From a bacterium (lineage in GTDB: Bacteria > Zhuqueibacterota > Zhuqueibacteria > Residuimicrobiales > Krinioviventaceae), in NCBI GenBank assembly GCA_963675755.2, contig CAXXMD010000003.1, forward strand, positions 3,040,001 through 3,104,000: a stretch of DNA of 64,000 nt, written 5' to 3'. The position numbers were made by a program, and so were the translations under genes. Every line of letters starts with the position of its first letter. The stretch's first letter is position 1. Under the pieces are notes generated by a model. That model saw only the letters and a list, made by a program, of their open reading frames with translations. It had not been told where the DNA came from and did no database searches. Below are positions 19,429-30,184 of the stretch, piece after piece.

Positions 19429-20821
19429 ACATATCCAGATCAAAACTTTGTCCAAATTGCGGTACGGTAACATTCCAGCCAAATTTATCTCTAATTTTTT
19501 GAGCCATAGATTCAGATGATTCAGGTTCGCCATGTACAATAAATGTCTGTAACGGCGGACGGTTAAAGCCTGACAGCCATGCAAGTATTTCATTGTAATC
19601 CGCATGACCAGAGTATCCACTCATGCTTTCCACTTTGGCTTTTACGGGTATTTGTTCGCCATGAATTTTGACAGTCTCGTGGCCTTCCATCAAGGTTCTG
19701 CCGCGCGTTCCTTCGGCCTGGTATCCTACCAGTAACACAGTATTCTTGGGATTAGGTAAACGTTCTTCCATATGGTGCAGAATTCGTCCACCTGTTAACA
19801 TACCGCTTGCCGATATAATAATAGCATTCTTTTTAACAGAATTGATTGCAATAGATTCTTCTCTGGATCTGCAGATGTTTAGATGTTGTGGATGCAATAC
19901 ATTTTTGCCTTCCATGATTTCCGTACGGGTAACAAGATCAAACTCTGCAGGATGATGTTCAAAAACATCTGTGGTACGTATTGCCATAGGAGAGTCTACA
20001 TAAATCTGCAATGCCGGAATTTTACCCTCTTCTTCAAGCTGACGGATTACATAGAGTAGTGTTTGTGTGCGTCCTACGGCAAATGCGGGTATAACCAGTA
20101 CACCACCACGATCTATACTTTCATTGATAATTCTGCTTAATTCTTCAGTAGGATTACCCGGTTCATGTAAACGTTGACCATATGTTGATTCTAATACAAG
20201 ATAATCTATATTGAATACCTGAGTGGGGTCTTGTAAAATCGGGCGTTCAGGGCGACCAATGTCTCCACTGAATAATATCTTTTTGGCTTCACTGTTGTGA
20301 CGGGTTTTAAACTCTATAAAGGATGAACCTAAAATATGTCCGGCATCTTTAAATTTGACGCGTGTATCCTCATCAATATAAAAATCTTCACCATAATATT
20401 TTGGCTGTAACAAAGTTAATGTTTGTTCAGCATCTTCAGTGGTATAAAGGGGGAGGGCAGGTGAGTGTTTGGAATAACCTTTTTTATTTGCCCATTTTGC
20501 ATCTTCTTCGTGTAGATGCGCGCTGTCTAATAACATGATTTTGACCAGCTCTGAGGTCGAGTGGGTACTGTGAACCTGTCCTCTAAAACCTTCTTTTACC
20601 AGGCGGGGTAAAAATCCTGAATGGTCAATATGCGCGTGTGTTAGAAAAACCCTGTCAATTTGGTTTGCGGGGACTGGAAAGGGATCCCAGTTTTTCTCTC
20701 GAATTTCTTTGCGGCCCTGGAACATTCCGCAATCAATTAGAAATTTATAGTCATCAAGTTCCAGGAAATGTCGTGAGCCTGTTACTGTGCCTGTAGCTCC
20801 GTAAAAAGTGATTTTTGACAA
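19427..20821 (-). CDS. MBL-fold/beta-CASP ribonuclease (Ysh1-like)
   Basis: GATGTVTGS, DCGMFQG, THAHIDHSG, AGHILGS, ESTYG, SGHAD, VHGE. Confidence 0.93.
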   Translation of the reverse strand: MSKITFYGATGTVTGSRHFLELDDYKFLIDCGMFQGRKEIREKNWDPFPVPANQIDRVFLTHAHIDHSGFLPRLVKEGFRGQVHSTHSTSELVKIMLLDSAHLHEEDAKWANKKGYSKHSPALPLYTTEDAEQTLTLLQPKYYGEDFYIDEDTRVKFKDAGHILGSSFIEFKTRHNSEAKKILFSGDIGRPERPILQDPTQVFNIDYLVLESTYGQRLHEPGNPTEELSRIINESIDRGGVLVIPAFAVGRTQTLLYVIRQLEEEGKIPALQIYVDSPMAIRTTDVFEHHPAEFDLVTRTEIMEGKNVLHPQHLNICRSREESIAINSVKKNAIIISASGMLTGGRILHHMEERLPNPKNTVLLVGYQAEGTRGRTLMEGHETVKIHGEQIPVKAKVESMSGYSGHADYNEILAWLSGFNRPPLQTFIVHGEPESSESMAQKIRDKFGWNVTVPQFGQSFDLDM

Positions 20822-20954
20822 AACATTCCTCCTGTTTTCGTTATTGCATATAGTAAGGGTTTATATACTTAAATGCCATAAAAAATTTATTGTATATGTT
20901 GTTAAAATTGGTTATAAATAAAGCGGTGTTTGTTTACAGTTATTAGAGGATGAT

Positions 20955-21689
20955 TTGAGAGATACAATTTATTCTACACCTCAGGAACAGGTTTCCGGGT
21001 TTGTATTTGATGATAAAGTTGCAAATGTTTTTCCGGATATGATTAAACGTTCTGTTCCGGGATATGGTGATATTATTAATATGCTGCCGGTTTTAACGCG
21101 TTATTATGTTAAAGCCAACACGCGCCTATATGATTTGGGCAGTTCTTTGGGGGCATCAACATTTGCAATGCAATATGGAGTTGATAAACCCGGATGCCGT
21201 ATAATCTCTGTTGATAATTCATTGGCAATGCTTGAAAAATCTCTGGAATTAACCCAGACAGGTTCAGCAACACAACTTGCTGAAATTGACAGGATCTGTG
21301 CAGATATTCGGGATGTAAAATTCAGTAATGCCTCAGTAGTGGTTATGAATTTTACTTTACAGTTTATAGATCCTGAAAACAATAATCGTGAAAAGTTGAT
21401 TAAAACGATATTTGATGGAATGATTTCTGGCGGAGTATTAATTATTTCTGAAAAAATACATTTCCCTAATAGTATTGAACAGGAGAATATGACAAATTTA
21501 CATTTGGCTTTTAAGCGGTTTCAGGGCTACAGTGAACTTGAAATCCATCAAAAGCGGACTTCGTTGGAAAATGTGCTCTTGACGGATAGTGCTGAACAGC
21601 ATATTGAACGGTTAAAAAATACAGGATTTGGATACGTTCAGCAATGGTACCAGTCATTAAATTTTTGTTCATTTATGGCAGTTAAATGA
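20955..21689 (+). CDS. cmoA: Carboxy-S-adenosylmethionine synthase
   Basis: FVFDDKVANVFPDMIKRSVPGY, YDLGSSLG, NFTLQF, KRTSLENVL. Overlaps cmoB. Confidence 0.93.
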   Translation: MRDTIYSTPQEQVSGFVFDDKVANVFPDMIKRSVPGYGDIINMLPVLTRYYVKANTRLYDLGSSLGASTFAMQYGVDKPGCRIISVDNSLAMLEKSLELTQTGSATQLAEIDRICADIRDVKFSNASVVVMNFTLQFIDPENNNREKLIKTIFDGMISGGVLIISEKIHFPNSIEQENMTNLHLAFKRFQGYSELEIHQKRTSLENVLLTDSAEQHIERLKNTGFGYVQQWYQSLNFCSFMAVK

Positions 21690-22660
21690 TGGATTATACG
21701 TCTTTATACAATTTTATGGATAATACCCGTCTGGCAGATTGGCGGGATTTATTAAAAAAACAGATCAATGAAGCACTTGATGAAACAAAAAATGGTGACC
21801 TTGAAAAGTGGAATACCATATTAAAATCGCTTCCATGTTCCAAGCCTACGCACATTGATCTGGATAAGGGAGCCATTCTTATTGGTGAACCCGATGATAC
21901 AACTAAAGAAAAACGCAAGTTCATTGAGCAGACCATGAGGCAGTTTCATCCATGGCGCAAGGGACCTTATTCTTTGTTTGGGATTCATATAGATACCGAA
22001 TGGCGCTCGGACTGGAAATGGGACCGTGTTAAAGATCATATTACTCCTTTAGAAGATCGAGTTGTGCTGGATGTTGGTAGTGGTAATGGATACCATGGCT
22101 GGCGTATGCTGGGAGCAGGTGCCAAACTTGTAATTGGAATTGATCCGTTTTTATTAAGTGTTGTACAGTATCATGCAATAAAGCATTTTATTGGTGATGA
22201 ACCCATGTATGTTGTACCGGTTGGTGTTGAAAAAATGCCTGAAAATCTTCAAGTGTTTGATACGGTTTTCTCCATGGGCGTTATGTATCATCGTCGCTCT
22301 CCTATTGATCATTTATATGAGTTGAAAAGCTTTCTACGGCCGGGAGGAGAACTGGTTCTGGAAACACTTGTAATAGATGGAGGCCCTGAAAAGGTACTGG
22401 TTCCTGAAGATCGCTATGCACAAATGCGCAATGTCTGGTTTATTCCTAGTTGTTTAACACTTGAAAGCTGGTTAAAGAGATGTGGGTTCAAAGATGTAAG
22501 ATGTGTAAATATCACAAAAACAACATTGGCTGAACAACGATCAACAGATTGGATGCAATGGGATTCGTTAGCGAATTTTCTGGATCCTGATAATCCCAAT
22601 TTGACTATTGAAGGGTACCCCGCGCCAGTCCGTGCAGTTTTTGTTGCAAATGTAGGCTAG
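21686..22660 (+). CDS. cmoB: tRNA U34 carboxymethyltransferase
   Basis: PWRKGP, IDTEWRSDWKW, DVGSGNGYH, FSMGVMYHRRSP, RYAQMRNVWFIPS, TIEGYPAP. Confidence 0.95.
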   Translation: MMDYTSLYNFMDNTRLADWRDLLKKQINEALDETKNGDLEKWNTILKSLPCSKPTHIDLDKGAILIGEPDDTTKEKRKFIEQTMRQFHPWRKGPYSLFGIHIDTEWRSDWKWDRVKDHITPLEDRVVLDVGSGNGYHGWRMLGAGAKLVIGIDPFLLSVVQYHAIKHFIGDEPMYVVPVGVEKMPENLQVFDTVFSMGVMYHRRSPIDHLYELKSFLRPGGELVLETLVIDGGPEKVLVPEDRYAQMRNVWFIPSCLTLESWLKRCGFKDVRCVNITKTTLAEQRSTDWMQWDSLANFLDPDNPNLTIEGYPAPVRAVFVANVG

Positions 22661-22667
22661 ATATCAA

Positions 22668-23939
22668 TTATTGCCCGTTACTGAGAGAATCTGAATGTAT
22701 TGTGGTATGCGAAGGTGGAAATTGTTTCGTATCCAGAGATTCTATCAATACAAATTTTGAAGATTCTACAATTGCCTGTTTTATACCCATTACTTCTATA
22801 ATGATTTTAAAGCTGTTGGGCATATAGCCACAGCTTTCTACCAAATTGTTTTCAACGACCTTGAGCATATCCTTATCGGAAAGAAAATGTACAGCTTCTT
22901 TAACGCCTACTGTAAAAAAGCTGGATATGAGTATGATTGTATTCCCTCTGGGAGCTCTAATCTTGATAATCGTTACATAATCTTTATGGAGCATGTCCTC
23001 ATTGAATTCAGTAATAAAGGTTGTTGTGTCATTGTCTGAAAAATTGTAAATAATTCTGTCTCTATTATTAATTTTTAGATCCGCTTCTGAAATATAATTA
23101 GACAAGATACCCAAAGATCTGTTATTACCAATATAAACAATGTTTTGCTCGTCAATCAGGTTTGGTGTCAGTTTGGATGCCCGTCTGAGGACGAATTGTC
23201 TGGGCACAGAGTTCAGGACTTTGATAATTCCGGCCAGGGACCAAATTGTAGAATAGGGAAAGTAGGTTTGATCTGCTGCTCTGATTAAGCTTTTATCCTT
23301 GGGGAAGATGATGTCACCCATTTCTTCTTTGCTGTTGATCCAGGTATCTCTGATATGCACTGAACGTTTGTCGATCATTATGGGGTAATTGTAATAAAAG
23401 TGATCTCCACATACTATTACAGATTCTTTGTCTTTTGACATAAAACTGCCCCATATGGGATCTTTTTCATCAACAATTTGATAGTAATTTAATTGTTTCT
23501 CAGAACGATAAAATAAAACTGATAATGCAGCTATTATCAGTATACAAATTAGCAAAGCAATGTTTACAGGCTTAATTCTTGAGCCAAAGGGTTTTTTTTC
23601 TTTTTTAAAATCTCTTTCGGTGACCTTTATTACATAGTTCCCTTTAGGAATTTCAATAATATACTTGTCTGTTTTGCCTTCATTGTTGTAATAATCTTCA
23701 AGTTTTTTTCGAAGGTTGTGGATGTGTACTCGAACAAGTGGGTCTTCGCCGGGGATAAAGTTTTCATCTTTGTGAAAGACTTCTTGAGCAATGGTTACTT
23801 CTTTTGGAGAAATATCATTAATAGAACATTGCATTAGATATTCTAATAAAGATTTGCTATTCTTGCTGTTCTTGAATTGCTCACTTGATAGAATTGTTCC
23901 CTGTATATCATTCAATAATTTTTTATCTGCTTCTATCAT
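22668..23939 (-). CDS. Putative transmembrane one-component regulator (N-terminal wHTH-like domain, TM helix, extracytoplasmic domain)
   Basis: LLEYL...KEVTIAQEVF...DPLVRVHIHNLRKKLEDYY...IPKGNY resembles an OmpR-type winged helix. One TM helix. Divergent from the TonB receptor gene. Confidence 0.7.
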   Translation of the reverse strand: MIEADKKLLNDIQGTILSSEQFKNSKNSKSLLEYLMQCSINDISPKEVTIAQEVFHKDENFIPGEDPLVRVHIHNLRKKLEDYYNNEGKTDKYIIEIPKGNYVIKVTERDFKKEKKPFGSRIKPVNIALLICILIIAALSVLFYRSEKQLNYYQIVDEKDPIWGSFMSKDKESVIVCGDHFYYNYPIMIDKRSVHIRDTWINSKEEMGDIIFPKDKSLIRAADQTYFPYSTIWSLAGIIKVLNSVPRQFVLRRASKLTPNLIDEQNIVYIGNNRSLGILSNYISEADLKINNRDRIIYNFSDNDTTTFITEFNEDMLHKDYVTIIKIRAPRGNTIILISSFFTVGVKEAVHFLSDKDMLKVVENNLVESCGYMPNSFKIIIEVMGIKQAIVESSKFVLIESLDTKQFPPSHTTIHSDSLSNGQ

Positions 23940-24210
23940 GAAAGACTTTCATTTTTATATAAAAAATAAAATGGAATGAAAAATATTTAAAAAAATAAAT
24001 AGATATTGTTAATTAACAACTTTAACAAAGTAAGTAATTACTTTAAAAACAACAAGTATTTTTTTTAACATTGTTAGAGATGTTTTTTAACCGTTAATTT
24101 ACTTGTTTTGCATCGAATATGTTTATATTATTAACACATAATAATTTATGCCGTAGGAATTATTATGTTTGTTCTCCCACAATTAAAAGCCTCATCAACA
24201 AGGAGTGAAA

Positions 24211-27171
24211 ATGTATAATAAAAGATTATTGTGGTCAGTTTTAATTTGCATGGCCTTGCTTGTATCTTTTACTCCCTCTTTCGCCGCAACCTCCGGCCAG
24301 GTGCAGGGAACTATTACTGATGCTTCAACACAGGAAAGTTTGCCCGGTGCAAACGTATTTTTAAAAGGAACTGCTATTGGTAGTGCATCCGATCTTGAAG
24401 GTCAATATAGGATTGCAAATATTCCTCCCGGGAATTATACCCTTGTTGTTTCTTATATGGGATATATTCAACAAGAAGTTCCAATTCAAATCGCGGCTAA
24501 TCGTACTTTGACTCAAAATATTAAAATGGACTATAGCGTTGTGGACGTTGAAGGTGAAGTTATTATTACCGCCCAACGCGAAGGTCAGGTTGCCGCCATT
24601 AACCAGCAGATTACTTCTGATCAGATTGTGAATGTTGTGTCTGCGGAACGTATTCAGGAACTGCCCGATGCTAACGCTGCCGAGTCTATTGGACGTTTAC
24701 CGGGTATTGCCGTACAGCGTAGTGGTGGTGAAGCGCAGACTTTGATGATTCGCGGACTTGATGCCAAATATACAACCATTTCTTTAAATGGTGTTCAAAT
24801 CCCCGCAACAGCTTCAGAAAGCAGATCTGTTGACTTGAGTGTTCTCTCTCAGGAAACTTTGGCGGGAATTGAAGTTTACAAAGCGATCACCCCTGATCAG
24901 GATGCAGATGCAATTGCTGGTGCAGTTAACCTTATTACCGGTAAAGCTCCTGAAGGACAAAAAATACGATTTGATGTAATTGGTTCCTATAATGATCTGG
25001 AACAATCCGCTAGCCAATATGATGTTAGTGGAAGATACAGTAATCGTTTTTGGGATGGCAAGCTGGGTATTCAAGCGGGTGCGCAGGCTGAAAAACGAGA
25101 CCGCAGCACAGAATCTTTTGTTGATTCTTGGAATATTCCTGCAGATTTAAATTATTCGATAAGCAGCCTGACTGTAGCCTATACTGATGAAACTCGTGAA
25201 AGATATGGCGCAGATATTACATTCGACTATAATACCTCCGATGGTGGGAATATCAAATTTATCAATCTTTTCAGTAATACCAATCGTGAACAATATTATT
25301 CATCTCGTAATTACAGCACGGGTGGTGATAATATCACTTATAATGGACGTGCTACAGATAGTGAAATTCAGACCTGGAATAATTCTCTTGTAGGTGAAAA
25401 CCATCTCTTTAATCTTGATTTAAACTGGGCATTAGCTCATGCTTATACAAACAATTCTACACCATTTAATCATGCTATGCAGTTCCGTGAAAATCAAACT
25501 ACAAATTCCGGAATGAAAGATGATATTTATGAGGAAGATTATAAAAGAGTACCAGGCAAAGATTTAATTCCTCTTGCATGGAATAATTTTGAATCCGGTT
25601 ATCTGCGTGATGCTGAATTTACTCATAGTGAAAACGATGAACGGAATTTGGTTGCGCGTATTGATATCAAGAAGGATTATAATCTGGGTTCTAAAGTCGC
25701 TGGTTTTTTCAAGTTTGGTTATAAATTCAGAAACAAAGAAAGAAACCGTGATTATGATAGAAGATTTGCACCCTATTGGTTAAGAACATCACCAGATAGT
25801 GTTTTTACCGATAGTGGACAATACGTTGCCAAAGATTATGCAAATTCTTATTGGCCAAACGGTTCAAGCAATTTATTGGTTGACTGTTTAACCGGCCCTC
25901 CATATACATCCAGAACCATGTATGATGATTATTTGTTAAATCCATTAATCAATGGTTCTATGGTTCGAGAATGGTATAATTTGAATGGTCGTGGTATTAA
26001 AAATAATTATTCCGCAACCGGTGTTTCTCATCTTTACGAATATGTTTACATGCTTGAAAGTAATCGCAATAAATATCATGTAGAAGAGATGTTTAATGCT
26101 GCTTATTTAATGACAAAGTTGAATATTGGTCAGGCAATATCTATTATTGCAGGTGTTCGTTATGAAAGTGAAAATAATGATTATTCTGCTAAATTTGTAC
26201 CTGAAATCAATGGTTTTCTTGAAAGTCAAAAAGCTACAATTTATGATACAACCAAAACCTTTAGTAATGAACACTGGTTACCTAATGTTCATGTACGTGT
26301 AAAACCGTTCAAATGGATCGATTTCCGTTTTGCATATACCCAGTCGCTTACTCGTCCTGATTTTCAGATGAGATTGCCAAACTTGTATGTGAATCATGAA
26401 GCGGGAATTATTGAACGTGGAAATCCTGGTTTAGAACCGGCACTTGCGGATAATTTTGATTTAAGTATGTCCCTTTACAAATCAGAATATGGTTTATTGA
26501 CGGTTTCAGGGTTTTACAAAAAAATTGATAATGTGTTTTATTGGCTCAACAATGTAATGATCTTGAATAAAGCACATGCAGATAGTATTGGTTTGCCAGA
26601 AGAATTTGGTCCATACAATCAGATGGAAATGTCTGAACCCGTTAGTGTTGATGATACTGATGTTTATGGATATGAAATTGATCTGCAAACCCATATGTGG
26701 TTCTTGCCAGGTATTTTGCAGAATATTGTGATCAATGCAAACTTTTCAAAAATTTGGTCTCATACAAAATATCCACGCTTTACTATGATACAGCCTGATG
26801 GTTTTCCACCACCAGCACCTATCCCAACTTATTATTATACAGAACGTGCGTTGACTGGTCAAACAGATTATACAGGTAATATTGCAGTAGGTTATGATCA
26901 GGGTGGCTTCTCTACACGTCTGTCAGTTTACTTTCAGGGACCCTATCTTGCTTCTATAAGTTCTGCTGAAAGAGCTGATCAATACAGAAAAAGTTTTTCA
27001 AGATGGGACCTTTCAATTAAACAACAGGTTACTCAAAATATAGCAGTATTTGCTAATATTAACAATCTGACCAATACTGTAGAAGGAAATTACTATACTT
27101 TTAGAGAAATTGACAGAGGAGGTGAAGTAACAGGCGTATCCGGTGATTTGGGTTTACGTTTTACATTTTAA
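24211..27171 (+). CDS. TonB-dependent receptor with N-terminal CarboxypepD_reg-like domain
   Basis: Signal peptide, LPGANV..KGT..G...DLEG.Y, plug motif LPDANAAESIGRLPGI, IEVYK, GNPGLEP, NNLTN, C-terminal F. Confidence 0.93.
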   Translation: MYNKRLLWSVLICMALLVSFTPSFAATSGQVQGTITDASTQESLPGANVFLKGTAIGSASDLEGQYRIANIPPGNYTLVVSYMGYIQQEVPIQIAANRTLTQNIKMDYSVVDVEGEVIITAQREGQVAAINQQITSDQIVNVVSAERIQELPDANAAESIGRLPGIAVQRSGGEAQTLMIRGLDAKYTTISLNGVQIPATASESRSVDLSVLSQETLAGIEVYKAITPDQDADAIAGAVNLITGKAPEGQKIRFDVIGSYNDLEQSASQYDVSGRYSNRFWDGKLGIQAGAQAEKRDRSTESFVDSWNIPADLNYSISSLTVAYTDETRERYGADITFDYNTSDGGNIKFINLFSNTNREQYYSSRNYSTGGDNITYNGRATDSEIQTWNNSLVGENHLFNLDLNWALAHAYTNNSTPFNHAMQFRENQTTNSGMKDDIYEEDYKRVPGKDLIPLAWNNFESGYLRDAEFTHSENDERNLVARIDIKKDYNLGSKVAGFFKFGYKFRNKERNRDYDRRFAPYWLRTSPDSVFTDSGQYVAKDYANSYWPNGSSNLLVDCLTGPPYTSRTMYDDYLLNPLINGSMVREWYNLNGRGIKNNYSATGVSHLYEYVYMLESNRNKYHVEEMFNAAYLMTKLNIGQAISIIAGVRYESENNDYSAKFVPEINGFLESQKATIYDTTKTFSNEHWLPNVHVRVKPFKWIDFRFAYTQSLTRPDFQMRLPNLYVNHEAGIIERGNPGLEPALADNFDLSMSLYKSEYGLLTVSGFYKKIDNVFYWLNNVMILNKAHADSIGLPEEFGPYNQMEMSEPVSVDDTDVYGYEIDLQTHMWFLPGILQNIVINANFSKIWSHTKYPRFTMIQPDGFPPPAPIPTYYYTERALTGQTDYTGNIAVGYDQGGFSTRLSVYFQGPYLASISSAERADQYRKSFSRWDLSIKQQVTQNIAVFANINNLTNTVEGNYYTFREIDRGGEVTGVSGDLGLRFTF

Positions 27172-27221
27172 AAAAAGAAAGCACTAATTCACAATAACAC
27201 AAATTAATTTCGGAGGAAATT

Positions 27222-28841
27222 ATGCGTTATCTTGGTACTTTGTTATTCGTTGTTCTGGTTCTGGCTATTATGGCCCCAATAGTATCTGCAGATACTATTA
27301 TTGAACCAAATGTTGGTTTCGTAAACGAAATCATTAGTGGCGACACCACTGCAACTGGTGCTCGTAACGATTCCGTTTATGTATTTCGTCGTGGCGCAAC
27401 CTATTGGGCACGCAATGAAATTTCCAATAGTGGTTGGACAATGGTTTTAAAAGCTGAAGACGGTGATGGCCCTATTCCGGTTATCGCAACCTGGCCAGAT
27501 GCTGATGGTTCTATTGAACATCGCTTGGTTACTGGTCGTGCAGATTGTTATCTCTATAATCTTTATCTGGATGGTATGGGTCCTGATCTGGTTGACACCA
27601 GCAAACTTGATCCTCTGTTCCGTATGAATGGTCAACTGGTACGTGCAAATGCATCAGGTGCAGTATTTGTTGCTGATGGATGTATTTTGAATAACTGTGG
27701 TCAGGTTACAGTTCGCTCCAGTAGTGGCGCGCAAAAAGTAGAGCTCACCAACTGTATTATAACAAATGCCGGTCAGCTTTCACGCGACAACCTGGGTAAT
27801 GGTCGTGTTTTGGATTTCCGCGATGCAGCTACCGACAGCTTGATCATCAAAAATACTACTATTATGAATGGTGAAGACCGTGTTATCCGTCACCAGGATG
27901 CTAGCGGTAAAAACAATTTCCTGGGTTACTGTGAAATGGACCACGTAACTATTGCTAACTGGGTTGGTACTTTTGGTGTTGTTCAATTAGGTGACCTTGG
28001 CGAAGAAGGTTTTGTATTAACCAATAACCTTTGGGTTAACCCCCAGTGCTTTGGTGAAGATCCTGATGATGAATGGAGAATTTTGGAATTTGGTTATTCA
28101 GGTGAATTCTATCAAAGTGGCAAACCTAAAATGGCCCTCATTCGCGATGAGCCGAATGTATCTGATACTTTGACAGTTGTTCCAAATTTCTATATTGAAA
28201 ACAATGTTATTCATTATCAACAACCCGTTCTTGATTACTTTGAATTTGACGGTGTAGCTCCAGCTCCTATTATGACAGATCGTATCGCTTCAATGAACAG
28301 TGCTCCTGGCGAAGCTTTTGTTGAAGGTGCTGTAGAATTTACTAATCCTAACGATATTCCTTTGGATCTGATGTACTGGTACCATGATAACCCAGGTGCT
28401 ATCACTACAGATTCAGTAGAGATGGACAGACGTTCACGTGAATTCTGGTCAGACTCTTTGGATATGAGCTATGAAGTTGCAAATGATGCTTTTGTTGGTA
28501 CCGATGGCCTGCCAGTTGGTGATACCAATTGGGCAAGTGTTGTTACTACAGGTATTAATGACAATACCAAAGCTCCTGCTACTATGGCATTGAACCAAAA
28601 CTACCCCAATCCTTTCAACCCAACCACTTCTATCAATTATACTTTGAAAAAGAGTGGCAAGGTGACCTTGAAAGTTTTTGATACATTGGGTCGTGAAGTT
28701 TCTACCCTGGTTAACAGCAATGTTGCTGCGGGTAGTTATGATGTAACTTTTGACGGTGCAAGTCTTGCTTCAGGTGTATATTTCTACACATTGAAAACAG
28801 ATAATCAGACTCTTACCCGCAAGATGTTACTTGTGAAATAA
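27222..28841 (+). CDS. Secreted protein with beta-helix-like core and C-terminal sorting domain
   Basis: Signal peptide, repeated I.N..I.N beta strands, C-terminal LNQNYPNPFNPTT...RKMLLVK. Confidence 0.75.
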   Translation: MRYLGTLLFVVLVLAIMAPIVSADTIIEPNVGFVNEIISGDTTATGARNDSVYVFRRGATYWARNEISNSGWTMVLKAEDGDGPIPVIATWPDADGSIEHRLVTGRADCYLYNLYLDGMGPDLVDTSKLDPLFRMNGQLVRANASGAVFVADGCILNNCGQVTVRSSSGAQKVELTNCIITNAGQLSRDNLGNGRVLDFRDAATDSLIIKNTTIMNGEDRVIRHQDASGKNNFLGYCEMDHVTIANWVGTFGVVQLGDLGEEGFVLTNNLWVNPQCFGEDPDDEWRILEFGYSGEFYQSGKPKMALIRDEPNVSDTLTVVPNFYIENNVIHYQQPVLDYFEFDGVAPAPIMTDRIASMNSAPGEAFVEGAVEFTNPNDIPLDLMYWYHDNPGAITTDSVEMDRRSREFWSDSLDMSYEVANDAFVGTDGLPVGDTNWASVVTTGINDNTKAPATMALNQNYPNPFNPTTSINYTLKKSGKVTLKVFDTLGREVSTLVNSNVAAGSYDVTFDGASLASGVYFYTLKTDNQTLTRKMLLVK

Positions 28842-28853
28842 TCTCCTTCCTTC

Positions 28854-28885
28854 AACCCGGAGGTTAATAACCTCCGGGTTTTTTT
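28854..28885 (+). terminator. Intrinsic terminator
   Basis: AACCCGGAGGTTA-A-TAACCTCCGGGTT followed by a T tract. Confidence 0.88.
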
Positions 28886-28921
28886 ATCTCTAATTTATAT
28901 TTGAATCAATAGCAGGCTGGT

Positions 28922-30169
28922 TTACACCCATCCCCTGAGTTCACATGCCTCTGCAACTCGTGCAACTCCTACAATCGTTGCGGCAAGACGTGGATGAACA
29001 TGTTTTTCTTTAACAGCGGACATGACGGTATGGTAGGCTGTGGTTAGTTTTTCATCAAGGCGAGTATGTACTGTATTTTCATCCCAGAAATCAGATGTTG
29101 CATTCTGGACCATCTCAAAATGCGATACGGTAACCCCTCCAGCACTGGCTAAAATATCGGGTATTACATGTATTCCCTTGTTATTGAGAATAATATCCGC
29201 TTCAGGAGTAGTGGGACCGTTTGCAAGTTCACATACAATTTTTGCTTTGATTTTCTCCGCATTCTGAGCTGTTATTGCATTTTCCAATGCAGCGGGGTAA
29301 AGTATGTCAACATCTGCTTCCAGAATAGAGTCCCTGTCTACGGCTTTGCCTCCGGGAAAGCCTGCAATGGTACCATGTGTGAGTTTCCATGTTACCAGTT
29401 CTTTTACATCCAACCCATCTGCATTGTAAAGACCACCGCGGGAATCGCAAACTGCGGTTAATCTACCTCCACCCAACAATTCGTGATGAAGCAGCGCCGC
29501 ACGCTGTCCGGCATTGCCAAATCCTTGAATGGCAAATGTACCGGTAGGATCAATGTTTAACACTTTGCATGCTTCACGTACAGTGATAACTCCACCCCGA
29601 GCTGTGGCATCGCGCCTGCCTTCTGTACCACCGATCTTTTGCGGCTTGTCTGTTAATACGCCCGGATGATGCCGCTGAGTAATTACTTCAAATTCATCCA
29701 TCATCCAGGCCATAATCTGAGGATTGGTGTACACATCCGGAGCGGGTACGTCTTTATCAATTCCCAGATATGAAGCTGATGCTCGAATATACGCTCTTGA
29801 AACGTTTTCCATTTCACGTTCAGACATGTTTCGAGGATCGCAGCAGACACCGCCTTTACCGCCGCCCAGTGGCAATCCGGCAACTGCGGTTTTCCAGGTC
29901 ATCCAGCACGCTAGTGCGCGGATGGTATCGACCGTTTCGTCAGGATGAAAACGAATACCGCCTTTTGAGGGACCGCGGGCTGTGTTGTATTGAATTCGCC
30001 AGGCGTGAAAAATTTTGACAGAGCCATCATCCATTTTGACCGGCAGGGTGAATTTAAATTCTCGTTGGGGCCAAATTAACAAGTCGGTTGTTGCCTGGTC
30101 AAGATTCAATAACCTGGCGGCTTCAAGGACCTGTTTTTGTGCCACATTAAAAGAGTTGTATGATTGCAT
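28922..30169 (-). CDS. Glu/Leu/Phe/Val dehydrogenase (small GDH, GudB/Thermotoga-like type)
   Basis: GPSKGGIRFHP, MTWKTA, PLGGGKGG, DVPAPD, QGFGNAG, ELANGPTT, AGGVTVS. Confidence 0.92.
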   Translation of the reverse strand: MQSYNSFNVAQKQVLEAARLLNLDQATTDLLIWPQREFKFTLPVKMDDGSVKIFHAWRIQYNTARGPSKGGIRFHPDETVDTIRALACWMTWKTAVAGLPLGGGKGGVCCDPRNMSEREMENVSRAYIRASASYLGIDKDVPAPDVYTNPQIMAWMMDEFEVITQRHHPGVLTDKPQKIGGTEGRRDATARGGVITVREACKVLNIDPTGTFAIQGFGNAGQRAALLHHELLGGGRLTAVCDSRGGLYNADGLDVKELVTWKLTHGTIAGFPGGKAVDRDSILEADVDILYPAALENAITAQNAEKIKAKIVCELANGPTTPEADIILNNKGIHVIPDILASAGGVTVSHFEMVQNATSDFWDENTVHTRLDEKLTTAYHTVMSAVKEKHVHPRLAATIVGVARVAEACELRGWV

Positions 30170-30184
30170 TGTATACTTTCCTGT

